IMG/VR virus record: IMGVR_UViG_3300046663_000194
Strand: one strand, 5' to 3'
Source: an uncultured virus (IMG/VR IMGVR_UViG_3300046663_000194)
Taxonomy: Duplodnaviria > Heunggongvirae > Uroviricota > Caudoviricetes
Length of the DNA: 64,000 nt
Shown here: positions 55,784 through 64,000 of the stretch, in pieces
How the letters are laid out: each line of letters starts with the position of its first letter
How positions within the stretch are numbered: position 1 is the first letter of the stretch
Made by a program: the position numbers and the translations under genes
The notes under the pieces: generated by a model
What the model saw: the letters and a program-made list of their open reading frames with translations, nothing else
What the model was told of the DNA's origin: nothing
The model's database searches: none

Positions 55784-55845
55784 GAGGGCGAAAGCCCTCC
55801 ACTTTCTTAACCCGCGCCGATGACGCTAACCAACGGAGAATGACG

Positions 55846-56085
55846 ATGCCACGCGAAACATTAGATACATTGATAAGCCGCGATCCATTCGCGCGCACGG
55901 AATTACATCGGTTCAACTCGCGCCACCTTGGACAAGGACTGACCTGTGATTGGTGTGGCTCAAAGGGCCGACAGCTAAAATTCGATTGGCTGCTGTACCG
56001 CTACACCACAGAAACGGATGGTGGTTCGATGGTTCATGATGGCGTATTCTGCTGCAAATCTTGTCACGATAGTTATCACAGCTAA
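55846..56085 (+). CDS. zinc-binding hypothetical protein
   Basis: CDWCG...FCCKSC. Confidence 0.75.
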   Translation: MPRETLDTLISRDPFARTELHRFNSRHLGQGLTCDWCGSKGRQLKFDWLLYRYTTETDGGSMVHDGVFCCKSCHDSYHS

Positions 56086-56120
56086 CCCGCGCCAATGGCG
56101 CTAACTGATGGGGAATGACG

Positions 56121-56288
56121 ATGGTTCGCCAAGATGAAAACTTTCTTCAATGGTTGGCGACCGTGGAGAAAGAGATAACCGCCTCCAAACGACGCATCGT
56201 GTCATTGCGGTATTGGCGGGTTTCCTTCGATAAGGGCCGCACACCTTATGAGGCCGCACGGCATTATTTTCCAACAACGGAGAAGTGA
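56121..56288 (+). CDS. small hypothetical protein (55 aa)
   Basis: MVRQDENFLQWL...GRTPYEAA after repeat and RBS. Confidence 0.65.
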   Translation: MVRQDENFLQWLATVEKEITASKRRIVSLRYWRVSFDKGRTPYEAARHYFPTTEK

Positions 56289-56326
56289 CGTAACCCGCGC
56301 TACTGGCGCTAACTGAGGAGACGACA

Positions 56327-56698
56327 ATGAAGTGCAGAGTTATAGAGCTTGTGGCCGATGTGACAAACCCGGCCGCAGATCGCCGATCTAGGGACTGGAA
56401 CAAGACTCCACTGCTCAAGAAGGGGCAGCGGTTCACGGTGCACGAGGGTAAGGATTTTGAGTTTCTCTACTCTTGCGACCATAGATACTCACACGAAATC
56501 GCGCATAGCGATTTGGGCAAGGCCATTCTTGCTAACTCTGTCACGGCAGAGGCGGCGACTGTGACCGAGCTTGCCCGCGTACACGATTGCGATTTTAGCG
56601 GCGACGAAATCTTACGGATACTCGTCAAGCTTGGTCGCGTCGATGATACGGACTTCGCCGCAGTTGGCGAGGCCCTTGCTGCCGACGAAAGCCTTTAA
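56327..56698 (+). CDS. hypothetical protein
   Basis: GAGGAG RBS. Confidence 0.75.
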   Translation: MKCRVIELVADVTNPAADRRSRDWNKTPLLKKGQRFTVHEGKDFEFLYSCDHRYSHEIAHSDLGKAILANSVTAEAATVTELARVHDCDFSGDEILRILVKLGRVDDTDFAAVGEALAADESL

Positions 56699-56895
56699 CC
56701 CAGGAGACGACAATGAAATATCGTTTTTATCTGGAATGCCCACGCTGCAGTCATGAGGCCGAGTTCGTGACGGACAATTACTGGCAGAAGCCGCGCTTCC
56801 AGTGCGGCGACTGCCTGATGGACCGCGTTGAAATCGTGGAAATGAAAGTGGTGACATCGGAGCAGTTGCCCACTTTCTCACAATAGGAGACTAAA

Positions 56896-57081
56896 ATGGA
56901 ATACCACTATAGCGATCTGAACAGCCTTGCCGACTCCTTCGAGAACGAAGCGCGCAAGCTGCGCGCTTCAATGTCGGGGAAGCCGGGTAGCAAGAAACTG
57001 AAAGACATCGAATTGCGCGAGCGGGCGGCGGCCTTTGAGTCGGTTGCCTACACCATTCGGCACACAAAGCTTGGAGGGTGA
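56896..57081 (+). CDS. small hypothetical protein
   Basis: AGGAG RBS. Confidence 0.7.
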   Translation: MEYHYSDLNSLADSFENEARKLRASMSGKPGSKKLKDIELRERAAAFESVAYTIRHTKLGG

Positions 57082-57082
57082 T

Positions 57083-57340
57083 ATGTGGAAGCTCTTTTGT
57101 CTCGTAGTCGTCGCGCCGATGTCGTTCATCCTTACCGATGTGATGATGCCGTATCACCCGCCGCTCACTTTCGAGCAGCGGTGGGAGGCGGTGCCGCAGT
57201 CCAATGTCGGCGTTAAGAAGGGCGATAGGCTCGACCGCAAGGTTGCGCCAGCGCCTAAGCCACAGCAGCGGCAGCCGACAATGGTGCCGATGCGAATTCG
57301 CGTTGCTGGCGGGTGCATATCGTTCTGTGATTATCCATGA
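57083..57340 (+). CDS. membrane/secreted protein with KKGDRL motif
   Basis: GGAGG RBS; N-terminal hydrophobic stretch. Confidence 0.6.
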   Translation: MWKLFCLVVVAPMSFILTDVMMPYHPPLTFEQRWEAVPQSNVGVKKGDRLDRKVAPAPKPQQRQPTMVPMRIRVAGGCISFCDYP

Positions 57341-57566
57341 TGGAGGTGGAAAATGGCAAATACCAAACAGGCGCATATCATTAACATGATGAACGCTCTT
57401 CAAGACTACGTTGACGAGCGTATTTTCCACCATATCGCCCGTTACGAGCATGGACACGACCCGGATTGCGATAGATTGCTGAAGACGGCAAGCGATCTGG
57501 AAACAACGATAGAGAAGCTAATGGAGTCGTGACTGCGGCCTGCTGCGCCAGTGCAAGAGGAGAGGA

Positions 57567-57599
57567 GGGCCGCCCCTCGCGGGGCGGCCCCCTTTTTTT
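57567..57599 (+). terminator. intrinsic terminator
   Basis: GGGCCGCCCC-TCGC-GGGGCGGCCC followed by T7, between convergent units. Confidence 0.9.
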
Positions 57600-57603
57600 G
57601 CTT

Positions 57604-58122
57604 TCACTCAGGCACCCAGCCGTTTGCAAAGGCCGCAGCAGAACCGCGCTCGATCATTCCGCCCGTATCCTGAAGGCGGTCCACTTCTTCGTCTTCCATC
57701 CCTAGCCGCCGCATAATCTCCTCCGCTGGAATTTTCATTTCATGCGCCAGCGTGCGCACAATATCCGCCATCTTTAAGACGCCATGATTTCCGCGCGCCC
57801 GATTATGCCGGATGGTAGACATCATCTGGTGCGCCGCATCGCCGGGTCGCAATCGGACTACCGGGACCAGCCCCTTAGTTAAAGCCTTTACGTCCTTGTC
57901 GGCCGAAGCGAGCACCCATCTATGAAAGCCATCTACGAGCTCACCGTCCTGGCGGGCGACTAGCGGCTGAGTCCAGCCGTCCTCTAGCAGCGACACCTTG
58001 AGCAATTCTAGTTCGGGCGGCGCAACGTGATTAGGATTATAGTTGTTGGCGCGGAGCGTGTCGGGCTTGACCCACTCGACCGCGCTGATCGGTTGCTTCT
58101 TTAGGCCCGGAATATCCACCAT
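57604..58122 (-). CDS. IbrB-like ParB/Srx protein
   Basis: ANNYNPNHVAPPELELL, DGWTQP, VDGFHR, STIRHNRARG.H. Confidence 0.92.
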   Translation of the reverse strand: MVDIPGLKKQPISAVEWVKPDTLRANNYNPNHVAPPELELLKVSLLEDGWTQPLVARQDGELVDGFHRWVLASADKDVKALTKGLVPVVRLRPGDAAHQMMSTIRHNRARGNHGVLKMADIVRTLAHEMKIPAEEIMRRLGMEDEEVDRLQDTGGMIERGSAAAFANGWVPE

Positions 58123-58171
58123 AGCTGCACCATTATAACCGCGAGGAGAATCAAGACCGGCCAGGGTTCTC

Positions 58172-59422
58172 TCACGTAGCGAGTTCTTTACGGTAATGCT
58201 CCCACGCTTTTTTCATCTCTGCCTCTTGCCGGAATGGCCGAACTGGTTGCTTACGGCCTTTATAGTCGCCGCGCATTGCAATCATCAACAGGAACCGCCA
58301 GGAAACACCCGTATCCGGATGCGGCACCGTTGGCGCTATAGGGTCCGAGGTCTTACCGTAGTGATTACGAACCCAGTTCTGCACCCGGCTGGCAATCTGC
58401 GAGCGGTACGGCTGTGGATGCTTAGCGATCCAGTACCGGACCCAATTAGGCCACGTAAAATTACCCGGCTTGGATGGTAGAGCGCTGAAAGCATAAAGTT
58501 CAGTCGTAGAGTAGCGCGCCGCCGTTGCGCTACCGGGAACCCGGTTACTCATCTTGTCCCAGATGTCGGGAAAACACACCGAATACATCCACAGGTTTTG
58601 CATCGGTTCCTCGCCGTAAGGTGGCGCGCAACGCTGCGCGTTGCGGGAGACACCGGCCATTTCCATCGCATCATAGGCGCGGTTGTAATCGAGCTTGAAC
58701 TGCTTGGGGTAGGTCCAGACGTCAGCCGTTGACCAGTCGTAGATCGGATAGACCTTCCAGAGATTATCCGCCCAAGGCCGCACATAGGGTCGGGTGTCCC
58801 GATGCCGATGGAGGACAGCGCGAGTCCGCGCGAGGCTCTCATTGGCCCGTATACCCATAACCATCCCTACCCGGCCGTAGTCCAAGGCATCGAATATAAG
58901 AGGTACGCTTTCGGGCATCGTAGGGCGGGCCGCGGTAGCCCTTGGGAACCCCGGCACGGCCCCTGCCGTAATAGCCTCCGGGGGTAGGGGCCTAACCCAT
59001 TTGGCCTCTACCTCCGGCCCCCAGGGATACCAGAAGGGTTCCCGCCTGGAACAGCCGTTTCGATGCTGAATGGGTAGGCAATACCAGCGTACTTCTACCC
59101 CCGGTAGCACAGTGCAGCGGCGCACGTAATGCTCTGTATCGTAGGGAATAGCCTCCTCGTCATAGAAAAACGCTATAACCCGCTGCCCCCGCGCGCGGGC
59201 TACCTCAAGGGTCAGGTGTAGACAAACCGTCGAATCCTTGCCCCCGCTAAATGAGACTGCGAGCGTATCGAATAGCTTGTAGCAATCGTTTAGCCGTTCA
59301 AGCGCTAGGTCGAGCACGCTACGGTCAACAAGCTTTTTCTTGGCGTAGACTCCTGTCGATAGCGACTTGCTCGACTTACTATCTTGGACCAGATCATCGC
59401 CGCTGTAGCCTTCGTCGCTCAC
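58172..59422 (-). CDS. IbrA-like PAPS-reductase/PP-loop protein (DUF3440-associated)
   Basis: SFSGGKDS, GIRANES..R, YPIYDW...DVW, YN..YD, QRCAPPYG. Confidence 0.92.
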   Translation of the reverse strand: MSDEGYSGDDLVQDSKSSKSLSTGVYAKKKLVDRSVLDLALERLNDCYKLFDTLAVSFSGGKDSTVCLHLTLEVARARGQRVIAFFYDEEAIPYDTEHYVRRCTVLPGVEVRWYCLPIQHRNGCSRREPFWYPWGPEVEAKWVRPLPPEAITAGAVPGFPRATAARPTMPESVPLIFDALDYGRVGMVMGIRANESLARTRAVLHRHRDTRPYVRPWADNLWKVYPIYDWSTADVWTYPKQFKLDYNRAYDAMEMAGVSRNAQRCAPPYGEEPMQNLWMYSVCFPDIWDKMSNRVPGSATAARYSTTELYAFSALPSKPGNFTWPNWVRYWIAKHPQPYRSQIASRVQNWVRNHYGKTSDPIAPTVPHPDTGVSWRFLLMIAMRGDYKGRKQPVRPFRQEAEMKKAWEHYRKELAT

Positions 59423-60144
59423 GTTATTTCCTGCGTCCTGATACGGTCTATGTTCTTGGCCGAGACGCCGCCAACGAGAGTGCGGTTTAGCATCGGGTGT
59501 TCTTCATGCGTCGGGCCGAAGTCGGAATCCGGATGAAAGACGGTAAGCTGCATCGCACTATCGGTTGTCTCGAAAGCGTGCACGGCGTCCGGGGCCAGGA
59601 TGAACATACTACCCGCGTCTAGGCTCTCGGTGCCGTCCTCTGTATGGCACAGGCCATGACCAGTGTGGATCATGCCGATACGCACGCTAGGGTGCGTATG
59701 TTTGGTCTGTGAAATACCGACCGGAAAGTGCAGGAAATTAAAGCATGGCTCGCCGCGTAGCGGCGGCGAGATTAACAGCGTGTCCGAACAGCCGTCGATA
59801 TATTTCAGCCGCCCTTTGTCTTCCAGAAACCGGCCGACAATATTAAGGCCGAAGTAGTCATTGCGAAATGCAATAAAGCCCTTGCTCCCCTCCGAGGCAA
59901 GGATCTTGGAGCGATTGTTCTGTGGGATTGAAAAGTAGGAGTGATCGAACAACACCCGATCAAAGCGACCGTCAACCATCACCCACGTTTGTCCTTCATG
60001 CAGATAACCGAACAGCGTACCCTTGCCATGTATCTCCAAGGATTCCATGTCACTGTTTATGCCGTAGGCGCGGCACGGAAATTCCGCATCATCGAACGCG
60101 GCCATTAGGCCATGCCGCACTGGCTCGATAGTGGCTGGCTTCAT
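59419..60144 (-). CDS. cupin-domain protein
   Basis: GRLKYIDGCSDTLL, HTHPSVR, HAF, FHPDSDFGP. Confidence 0.85.
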   Translation of the reverse strand: MKPATIEPVRHGLMAAFDDAEFPCRAYGINSDMESLEIHGKGTLFGYLHEGQTWVMVDGRFDRVLFDHSYFSIPQNNRSKILASEGSKGFIAFRNDYFGLNIVGRFLEDKGRLKYIDGCSDTLLISPPLRGEPCFNFLHFPVGISQTKHTHPSVRIGMIHTGHGLCHTEDGTESLDAGSMFILAPDAVHAFETTDSAMQLTVFHPDSDFGPTHEEHPMLNRTLVGGVSAKNIDRIRTQEIT

Positions 60145-60812
60145 GTTTTCCTCTTTGTATTTTTTGCCATTCCGATTAGCGCCTCCGCAGTCGTGCGCAG
60201 CTTTAGCTTGTCACGCTCCCCGGATAGCCATGTAACTACGATGTCTCGATCCTCCGGCATCATATCAAAGCGAAGCTGTACCCCGCGCGTCCCCGGCATG
60301 ACCGCGCTACTCTGCGTCACGCTTTCAGGCTCGATCATGTCGCCCATGAAACTGCTAAGCTTGAAGCCCTCTAGCTCCTGATCGCCGAACCCTAGAAGCG
60401 GCAGATCAAAGCCAGCTATCTCAAGGTCGCGCAATTCTGCGGTAAGCTTTGGAATGTCCCACTCAGCTAATCGACCCAGTTGGTTGTCCGCCACGCGGTA
60501 GGCGCTCTTTTCCTCCACCGTCCAGCCTACCGCTACTGCTACCGGGAAGGATGCAAGACCGAGACGTTGCGCCGCTAAGAGGCGGCCATGCCCATAGATC
60601 AACACTCCATCCTCATCGACTAGCACCGGCGCAGTCACGCCGAACCGTCGCATACTTTCTGCTAGTTGCTTGACCTGTGCATCAGTATGGCGCAGCGGGT
60701 TGCGCTCGTAGGGCTTAATCTTCTCTATAGGCCAGCGCTCGATCTTATCGACCGGCCAATCCCTAAGCGGCCCCGAATCCTTGGTCTTGATCTTGGTCGC
60801 ACTCTTCGCCAT
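60141..60812 (-). CDS. ParB N-terminal domain protein
   Basis: PYERNP, GHGRLLAA, YRVADNQL..LAEWD. Confidence 0.9.
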   Translation of the reverse strand: MAKSATKIKTKDSGPLRDWPVDKIERWPIEKIKPYERNPLRHTDAQVKQLAESMRRFGVTAPVLVDEDGVLIYGHGRLLAAQRLGLASFPVAVAVGWTVEEKSAYRVADNQLGRLAEWDIPKLTAELRDLEIAGFDLPLLGFGDQELEGFKLSSFMGDMIEPESVTQSSAVMPGTRGVQLRFDMMPEDRDIVVTWLSGERDKLKLRTTAEALIGMAKNTKRKT

Positions 60813-60987
60813 TGGGCCATCCGAGTCTGCTTACCCGAACGTAATCATAGCGCCTATATTCCCCCTGGCCTAGATACACGCGAATATTTGCATATCCCTG
60901 CTGCGGGAAACTTAAAATCTGCGCCGGGACATCGTCGCCGTCTGCCAGACTATAGATAACCGCATCACCGATTCCGGGTACACTCAT
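60763..60987 (-). CDS. small hypothetical protein
   Basis: PGIGDAVIY motif. Confidence 0.6.
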   Translation of the reverse strand: MSVPGIGDAVIYSLADGDDVPAQILSFPQQGYANIRVYLGQGEYRRYDYVRVSRLGWPNGEECDQDQDQGFGAA

Positions 60988-61165
60988 CGAGGCTCTCCCT
61001 TAATAGCTTGCGTAAGTGAGCGCGCTCCCTGCGCTTTTGCATGGGCGTGCGATAGTGCGGGCAGATATGCCCGCTCATGGTCTTGGGGAATTGCTCAAGC
61101 TGTTTGAACACGTAGGCGAGCGATTCCGCCTGCTTACCATCGGTCATATTACGAACGTTGCTCAT
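60965..61165 (-). CDS. small hypothetical protein
   Basis: GAGG RBS; packed. Confidence 0.5.
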   Translation of the reverse strand: MSNVRNMTDGKQAESLAYVFKQLEQFPKTMSGHICPHYRTPMQKRRERAHLRKLLRESLDECTRNR

Positions 61166-61553
61166 TCAAATACCTCATACCGGCAGCGGTGATCCAATGA
61201 ACCTGCTGAGAAGCACCCTTGCTCCACTTGCGCCTTACAGGATGCCCGTTAGCGCCGTCCCTATACTCAAGAAACCCGAAGTCGTGCAGCGGCGCGAAAC
61301 GCGGGCCGATGCTATCGACATTCCCGATAGTAGGATCATCGCGGAGCAAATAATCCCACACCTCGCCTTTAGTCGATCCGCTTTCTCTGCGGCTTGGTAG
61401 CCCACAACACTTGAGAACCTTCAGTTGCAGGGCATCGCACTTGACCAGCCTCGCTGCATCGTGGCTTGTCTGCGGATCACTACTGCGCGCTAGCGCACGC
61501 GCCGGATAGTTGAATAGCGTCTCGCCTAGCGAATCTTTCATCCCGCCCATCAC
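61149..61553 (-). CDS. winged-helix phage protein
   Basis: ARSSDPQTSHDAA motif; PRFAPL..GFL. Confidence 0.75.
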   Translation of the reverse strand: MMGGMKDSLGETLFNYPARALARSSDPQTSHDAARLVKCDALQLKVLKCCGLPSRRESGSTKGEVWDYLLRDDPTIGNVDSIGPRFAPLHDFGFLEYRDGANGHPVRRKWSKGASQQVHWITAAGMRYLNEQRS

Positions 61554-62206
61554 ACGCCCCCTCCATTGCTAGCTTTAGCTTCCTGCTCTCGCTTGCCGTA
61601 GTAAGCCCGTAGCTCGGCATCACTTGGTGACTTCCACCCGCCGACCTTTGCACCGTGGGTATTTAAGCGAACGAAGATATAGAGCGCCACCCAAATGCCC
61701 GGTCTGTTGTTTGCATCCTCCATGTAATCGCGCGTATCGGCCTCGTCAGTTTCCGACCACGCCCTAACAATCGCATACTGCGGCGCTTCAGCGTGGACGA
61801 AGACGTTACACCGGCATCCTGGGTAACTGTCTCGCGCTGGTATCGCTAACTTTGCCTTGCGCGATTGATGTGCCGCCTTAGCGACACGATCGCGATGCAG
61901 CGTTTCTTCGTCAAACGCCTCGCTTATCTCTTGCAGAGTCGGCGGCCACTTATAGCGTAACTGTAAGCAGTTCCAGTTGCGAACGTCCGTTAGATGCTCC
62001 ACGACCGCAATATCATACTTCTCGAATAGCACCGCGCATTGTAGCGCGAACCCGTCAGAGTCGGCGAACTGATCTATCCTGTATCCCGAGCAAAGAGCCT
62101 TGCCCGCTCTCGCTATTCTCACCTGCTTCGACAGCCCTTGATAGCTTGTCCCATGCCTCGAAGATTCCGACTTTCCGACCATTATAGCCTCCGTTGCGTT
62201 GACCAT
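61550..62206 (-). CDS. replication-associated protein downstream of initiator
   Basis: KWPPTLQEI motif; start uncertain. Confidence 0.6.
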   Translation of the reverse strand: MVNATEAIMVGKSESSRHGTSYQGLSKQVRIARAGKALCSGYRIDQFADSDGFALQCAVLFEKYDIAVVEHLTDVRNWNCLQLRYKWPPTLQEISEAFDEETLHRDRVAKAAHQSRKAKLAIPARDSYPGCRCNVFVHAEAPQYAIVRAWSETDEADTRDYMEDANNRPGIWVALYIFVRLNTHGAKVGGWKSPSDAELRAYYGKREQEAKASNGGGV

Positions 62207-62849
62207 TGCGGTAGGCGAACTGCGCCGCCCGATCTACCCACGTTCGCCACGTCGCGTGCAGATCGGCAATCATCGTACCCTTGCTCTGGTGATAATTCCG
62301 GCAGGCGCTTGCCATGCGCTCGACCTCGCCATGACCATGACCGGCCCGATGTGCATAGGCCCGGTCCTGTTCGTCTGGATACCAATCAGCAGGCATAGGA
62401 TGGCGAGTTTTACGACGACGCCCTACTGTGACTCTTTCTGAATCTTCCTTACTTGGTAGACTCTTCTTAGAGTCAGAGTCTAAGAAAGAGTCTATATAGG
62501 TCGTGTTCAGGGGTTTTAATTCCGGCTCTATAGTTTTCAACGGGTTAGCACCGTCGCCGGTTAACTGGCCGAGATTCCGGCGCTTTTCTTTTTGAAGCCG
62601 TTTCTGGCTAACTTTCTCGTCCCGTTCGATCAGTAGCGCGCGAATGGTCGGTGCTATCTTACGCCAGCGATCCAACGTCATTCTGGTAGCGTGGGAAAGG
62701 TAGCGGTCGTCCCCCGCGAGCCATCCATCCGCTGATCGCCACATAGCAATTAGTAAAAGCAAATAGGCCCCGTTCTCTGTAGTCGTCAGGTGCCCGGTAT
62801 CGGCTAGGTAGGCATCGGTGTCGAGGCACAACTTGCTAAGTACGGCCAT
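62055..62849 (-). CDS. DUF1376/YdaU-like replication initiator
   Basis: AYLADTGHLTTTENGAYLLLL, QKRLQKE, PADWYP, ATWRTW. Confidence 0.9.
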   Translation of the reverse strand: MAVLSKLCLDTDAYLADTGHLTTTENGAYLLLLIAMWRSADGWLAGDDRYLSHATRMTLDRWRKIAPTIRALLIERDEKVSQKRLQKEKRRNLGQLTGDGANPLKTIEPELKPLNTTYIDSFLDSDSKKSLPSKEDSERVTVGRRRKTRHPMPADWYPDEQDRAYAHRAGHGHGEVERMASACRNYHQSKGTMIADLHATWRTWVDRAAQFAYRNGQRNGGYNGRKVGIFEAWDKLSRAVEAGENSESGQGSLLGIQDRSVRRL

Positions 62850-62852
62850 AAG

Positions 62853-63428
62853 CTACTCCCATGAAATACGATTGATTATCGTCGAGCCTTCATGCTCGGC
62901 ATCCCAAACAAACCATGCATAAGCGGTAGAGCTAGGAGCGCGCGGGCCGGTCCAGCCGTCGCGGTGCATCATCGGCAGCCGATTGCGAAAGACGTGAACG
63001 CGAGATAGCGCGCCTTCTAAAATATCGCTGCGCCCGGTAGCTTCGAGGAACGCCAACCGCAGCAGCATCACTACCTTTGGGCAGAGCGTTAGCGCGTGGC
63101 GCACAAATTCGTTGGCAAGCTTAAACGGCGGGTTAGTAATAATTGCGCTGCAATGCGGTGGCGCTCGTGTCTCCATAAGAAAATCGACGCCGCCTTCGTC
63201 GGGGGTAAAACCGCCGTAAGTAACGAGGTCGGTTGACCAGACACCAAACCCGGCTTGCCGTAGAACGTAGGAGATTGCGCCGCGACCACACGCTGGTTCC
63301 CAAATATTTAGCGGGAACGTCTCGACCTGCAGCAAGGCGCGGGTAGCTTCGGGCGGCGTCTCGTACAGATCGTCCTTACGATCCGCTAAGACGTGATGAC
63401 CGGCTTGTACCGATTGTTTGTTTGACAC
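62853..63428 (-). CDS. SAM-dependent amino (N6A/N4C-type) DNA methyltransferase
   Basis: YETP, WEPACGRG, IITNPPF, LLRLAFLE, AWFVW; GTG at 63428. Confidence 0.88.
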   Translation of the reverse strand: MSNKQSVQAGHHVLADRKDDLYETPPEATRALLQVETFPLNIWEPACGRGAISYVLRQAGFGVWSTDLVTYGGFTPDEGGVDFLMETRAPPHCSAIITNPPFKLANEFVRHALTLCPKVVMLLRLAFLEATGRSDILEGALSRVHVFRNRLPMMHRDGWTGPRAPSSTAYAWFVWDAEHEGSTIINRISWE

Positions 63429-63453
63429 TGCGCAGACCCCGAAAAGAATCGCG

Positions 63454-63900
63454 CTATAATAAGCCCGGTAATAGGGTGGACTCAAGTTCTGCTACTATCA
63501 CCTGCAATGTCGGTGTTTGTCCGTAAACTTTTCGGAAGCGTGAGGCGACGACTTGCGAATCATCGCGCCATACGACCCCCTTGATCGCGTCCGCAACCAT
63601 CTTCTCTATATTATCAAAATCAGGTTTGGTTACTGGATAGAGATAGCCGGTCAGTGCGTTGTTGCGTTTCTTAATCGGCCAGCTTTTCGGCACCGGGAAC
63701 GTCGCGGTTATCAACAACTCTACCGGGCCACCAAACAACCCTATGTGTCCCATCGCGTCCTTAGCTACCGCCCGTAGTTCTTTTTCGTAGGCGCGCGTCG
63801 GCGCTGGCGTATATCCCCAGGTTTTACCGCCGTGACTTACAATTTGTGCGCGAGCCTTGCCGCGCGGCTTTCCGTCCAAGCTGAAGGATACGGAGGTCAA
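63454..63900 (-). CDS. rusA: RusA-family Holliday junction resolvase
   Basis: PRGKAR, KPDFDNIEK..DA..GVVWRDDSQV. Confidence 0.92.
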   Translation of the reverse strand: MTSVSFSLDGKPRGKARAQIVSHGGKTWGYTPAPTRAYEKELRAVAKDAMGHIGLFGGPVELLITATFPVPKSWPIKKRNNALTGYLYPVTKPDFDNIEKMVADAIKGVVWRDDSQVVASRFRKVYGQTPTLQVIVAELESTLLPGLL

Positions 63901-64000
63901 TGCAGCGCCGCGCTATGCGTAGACTCGTCATCGAGCATGATATGAAAGAGCAGACTAGCGGCGACATCGCCGGGTTTCATACCCATGCGCGCCGCCAGCT

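Larger units (their letters stand above)
55808..56313 (+). repeat. three copies of a 23-bp upstream motif, consensus TAACCCGCGCCAATGGCGCTAAC
   Basis: 55808-55830, 56083-56105, 56291-56313, each followed by RBS and ATG. Confidence 0.85.
1..64000. mobile_element. Tailed bacteriophage (siphovirus-type) genome, probable alphaproteobacterial host
   Basis: Terminase-portal-head-neck-tail-lysis gene order on the minus strand, plus replication/RusA genes. No host housekeeping genes in the window. Confidence 0.97.

Noticed and set aside
1..64000. Alternative genetic code or intron/intein interruptions
   Set aside because: Core genes (terL, portal, MCP, TMP) are intact and of normal length under the standard code

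Overview
The whole 64 kb window reads as a tailed dsDNA (siphovirus-type) bacteriophage genome. GTA-like tail genes (DUF2460/DUF2163/NlpC-P60), a DUF1376 replication initiator and other Rhizobiales-type proteins suggest an alphaproteobacterial host, possibly Bradyrhizobiaceae (inference). No host genes, integrase or att site are visible. Layout: 0.1-1.7 kb (+) array of tiny cassette genes sharing a junction motif, one of which holds a tRNA-like RNA. 1.7-8 kb (-) unusually enzyme-rich lysis/envelope module. 8-19.6 kb (-) tail and neck. 19.6-30.7 kb (-) decoration/fibre genes, major capsid and scaffold. 31-42.3 kb (-) tRNA-Met(CAU), protease fusion, MuF-like head protein, portal and terminase. 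42.5-50.4 kb (-) self-contained nonulosonic (legionaminic/sialic-like) acid biosynthesis operon. 50.5-57.6 kb (+) early genes including an AAA/vWA module. 57.6-64 kb (-) IbrAB-like PAPS-reductase/ParB/cupin module and replication/recombination genes. The standout hypothesis is a phage-encoded virion 'sialylation' system: a CMP-nonulosonate pathway (neuB/neuA/neuC/legC-like, second aminotransferase, FemAB-type GNAT, methyltransferase), two Maf/sialyltransferase-like enzymes among the head genes, and virion proteins conspicuously rich in Ser-Thr dipeptides as candidate acceptors. All family calls are by motif recognition; no searches were run.
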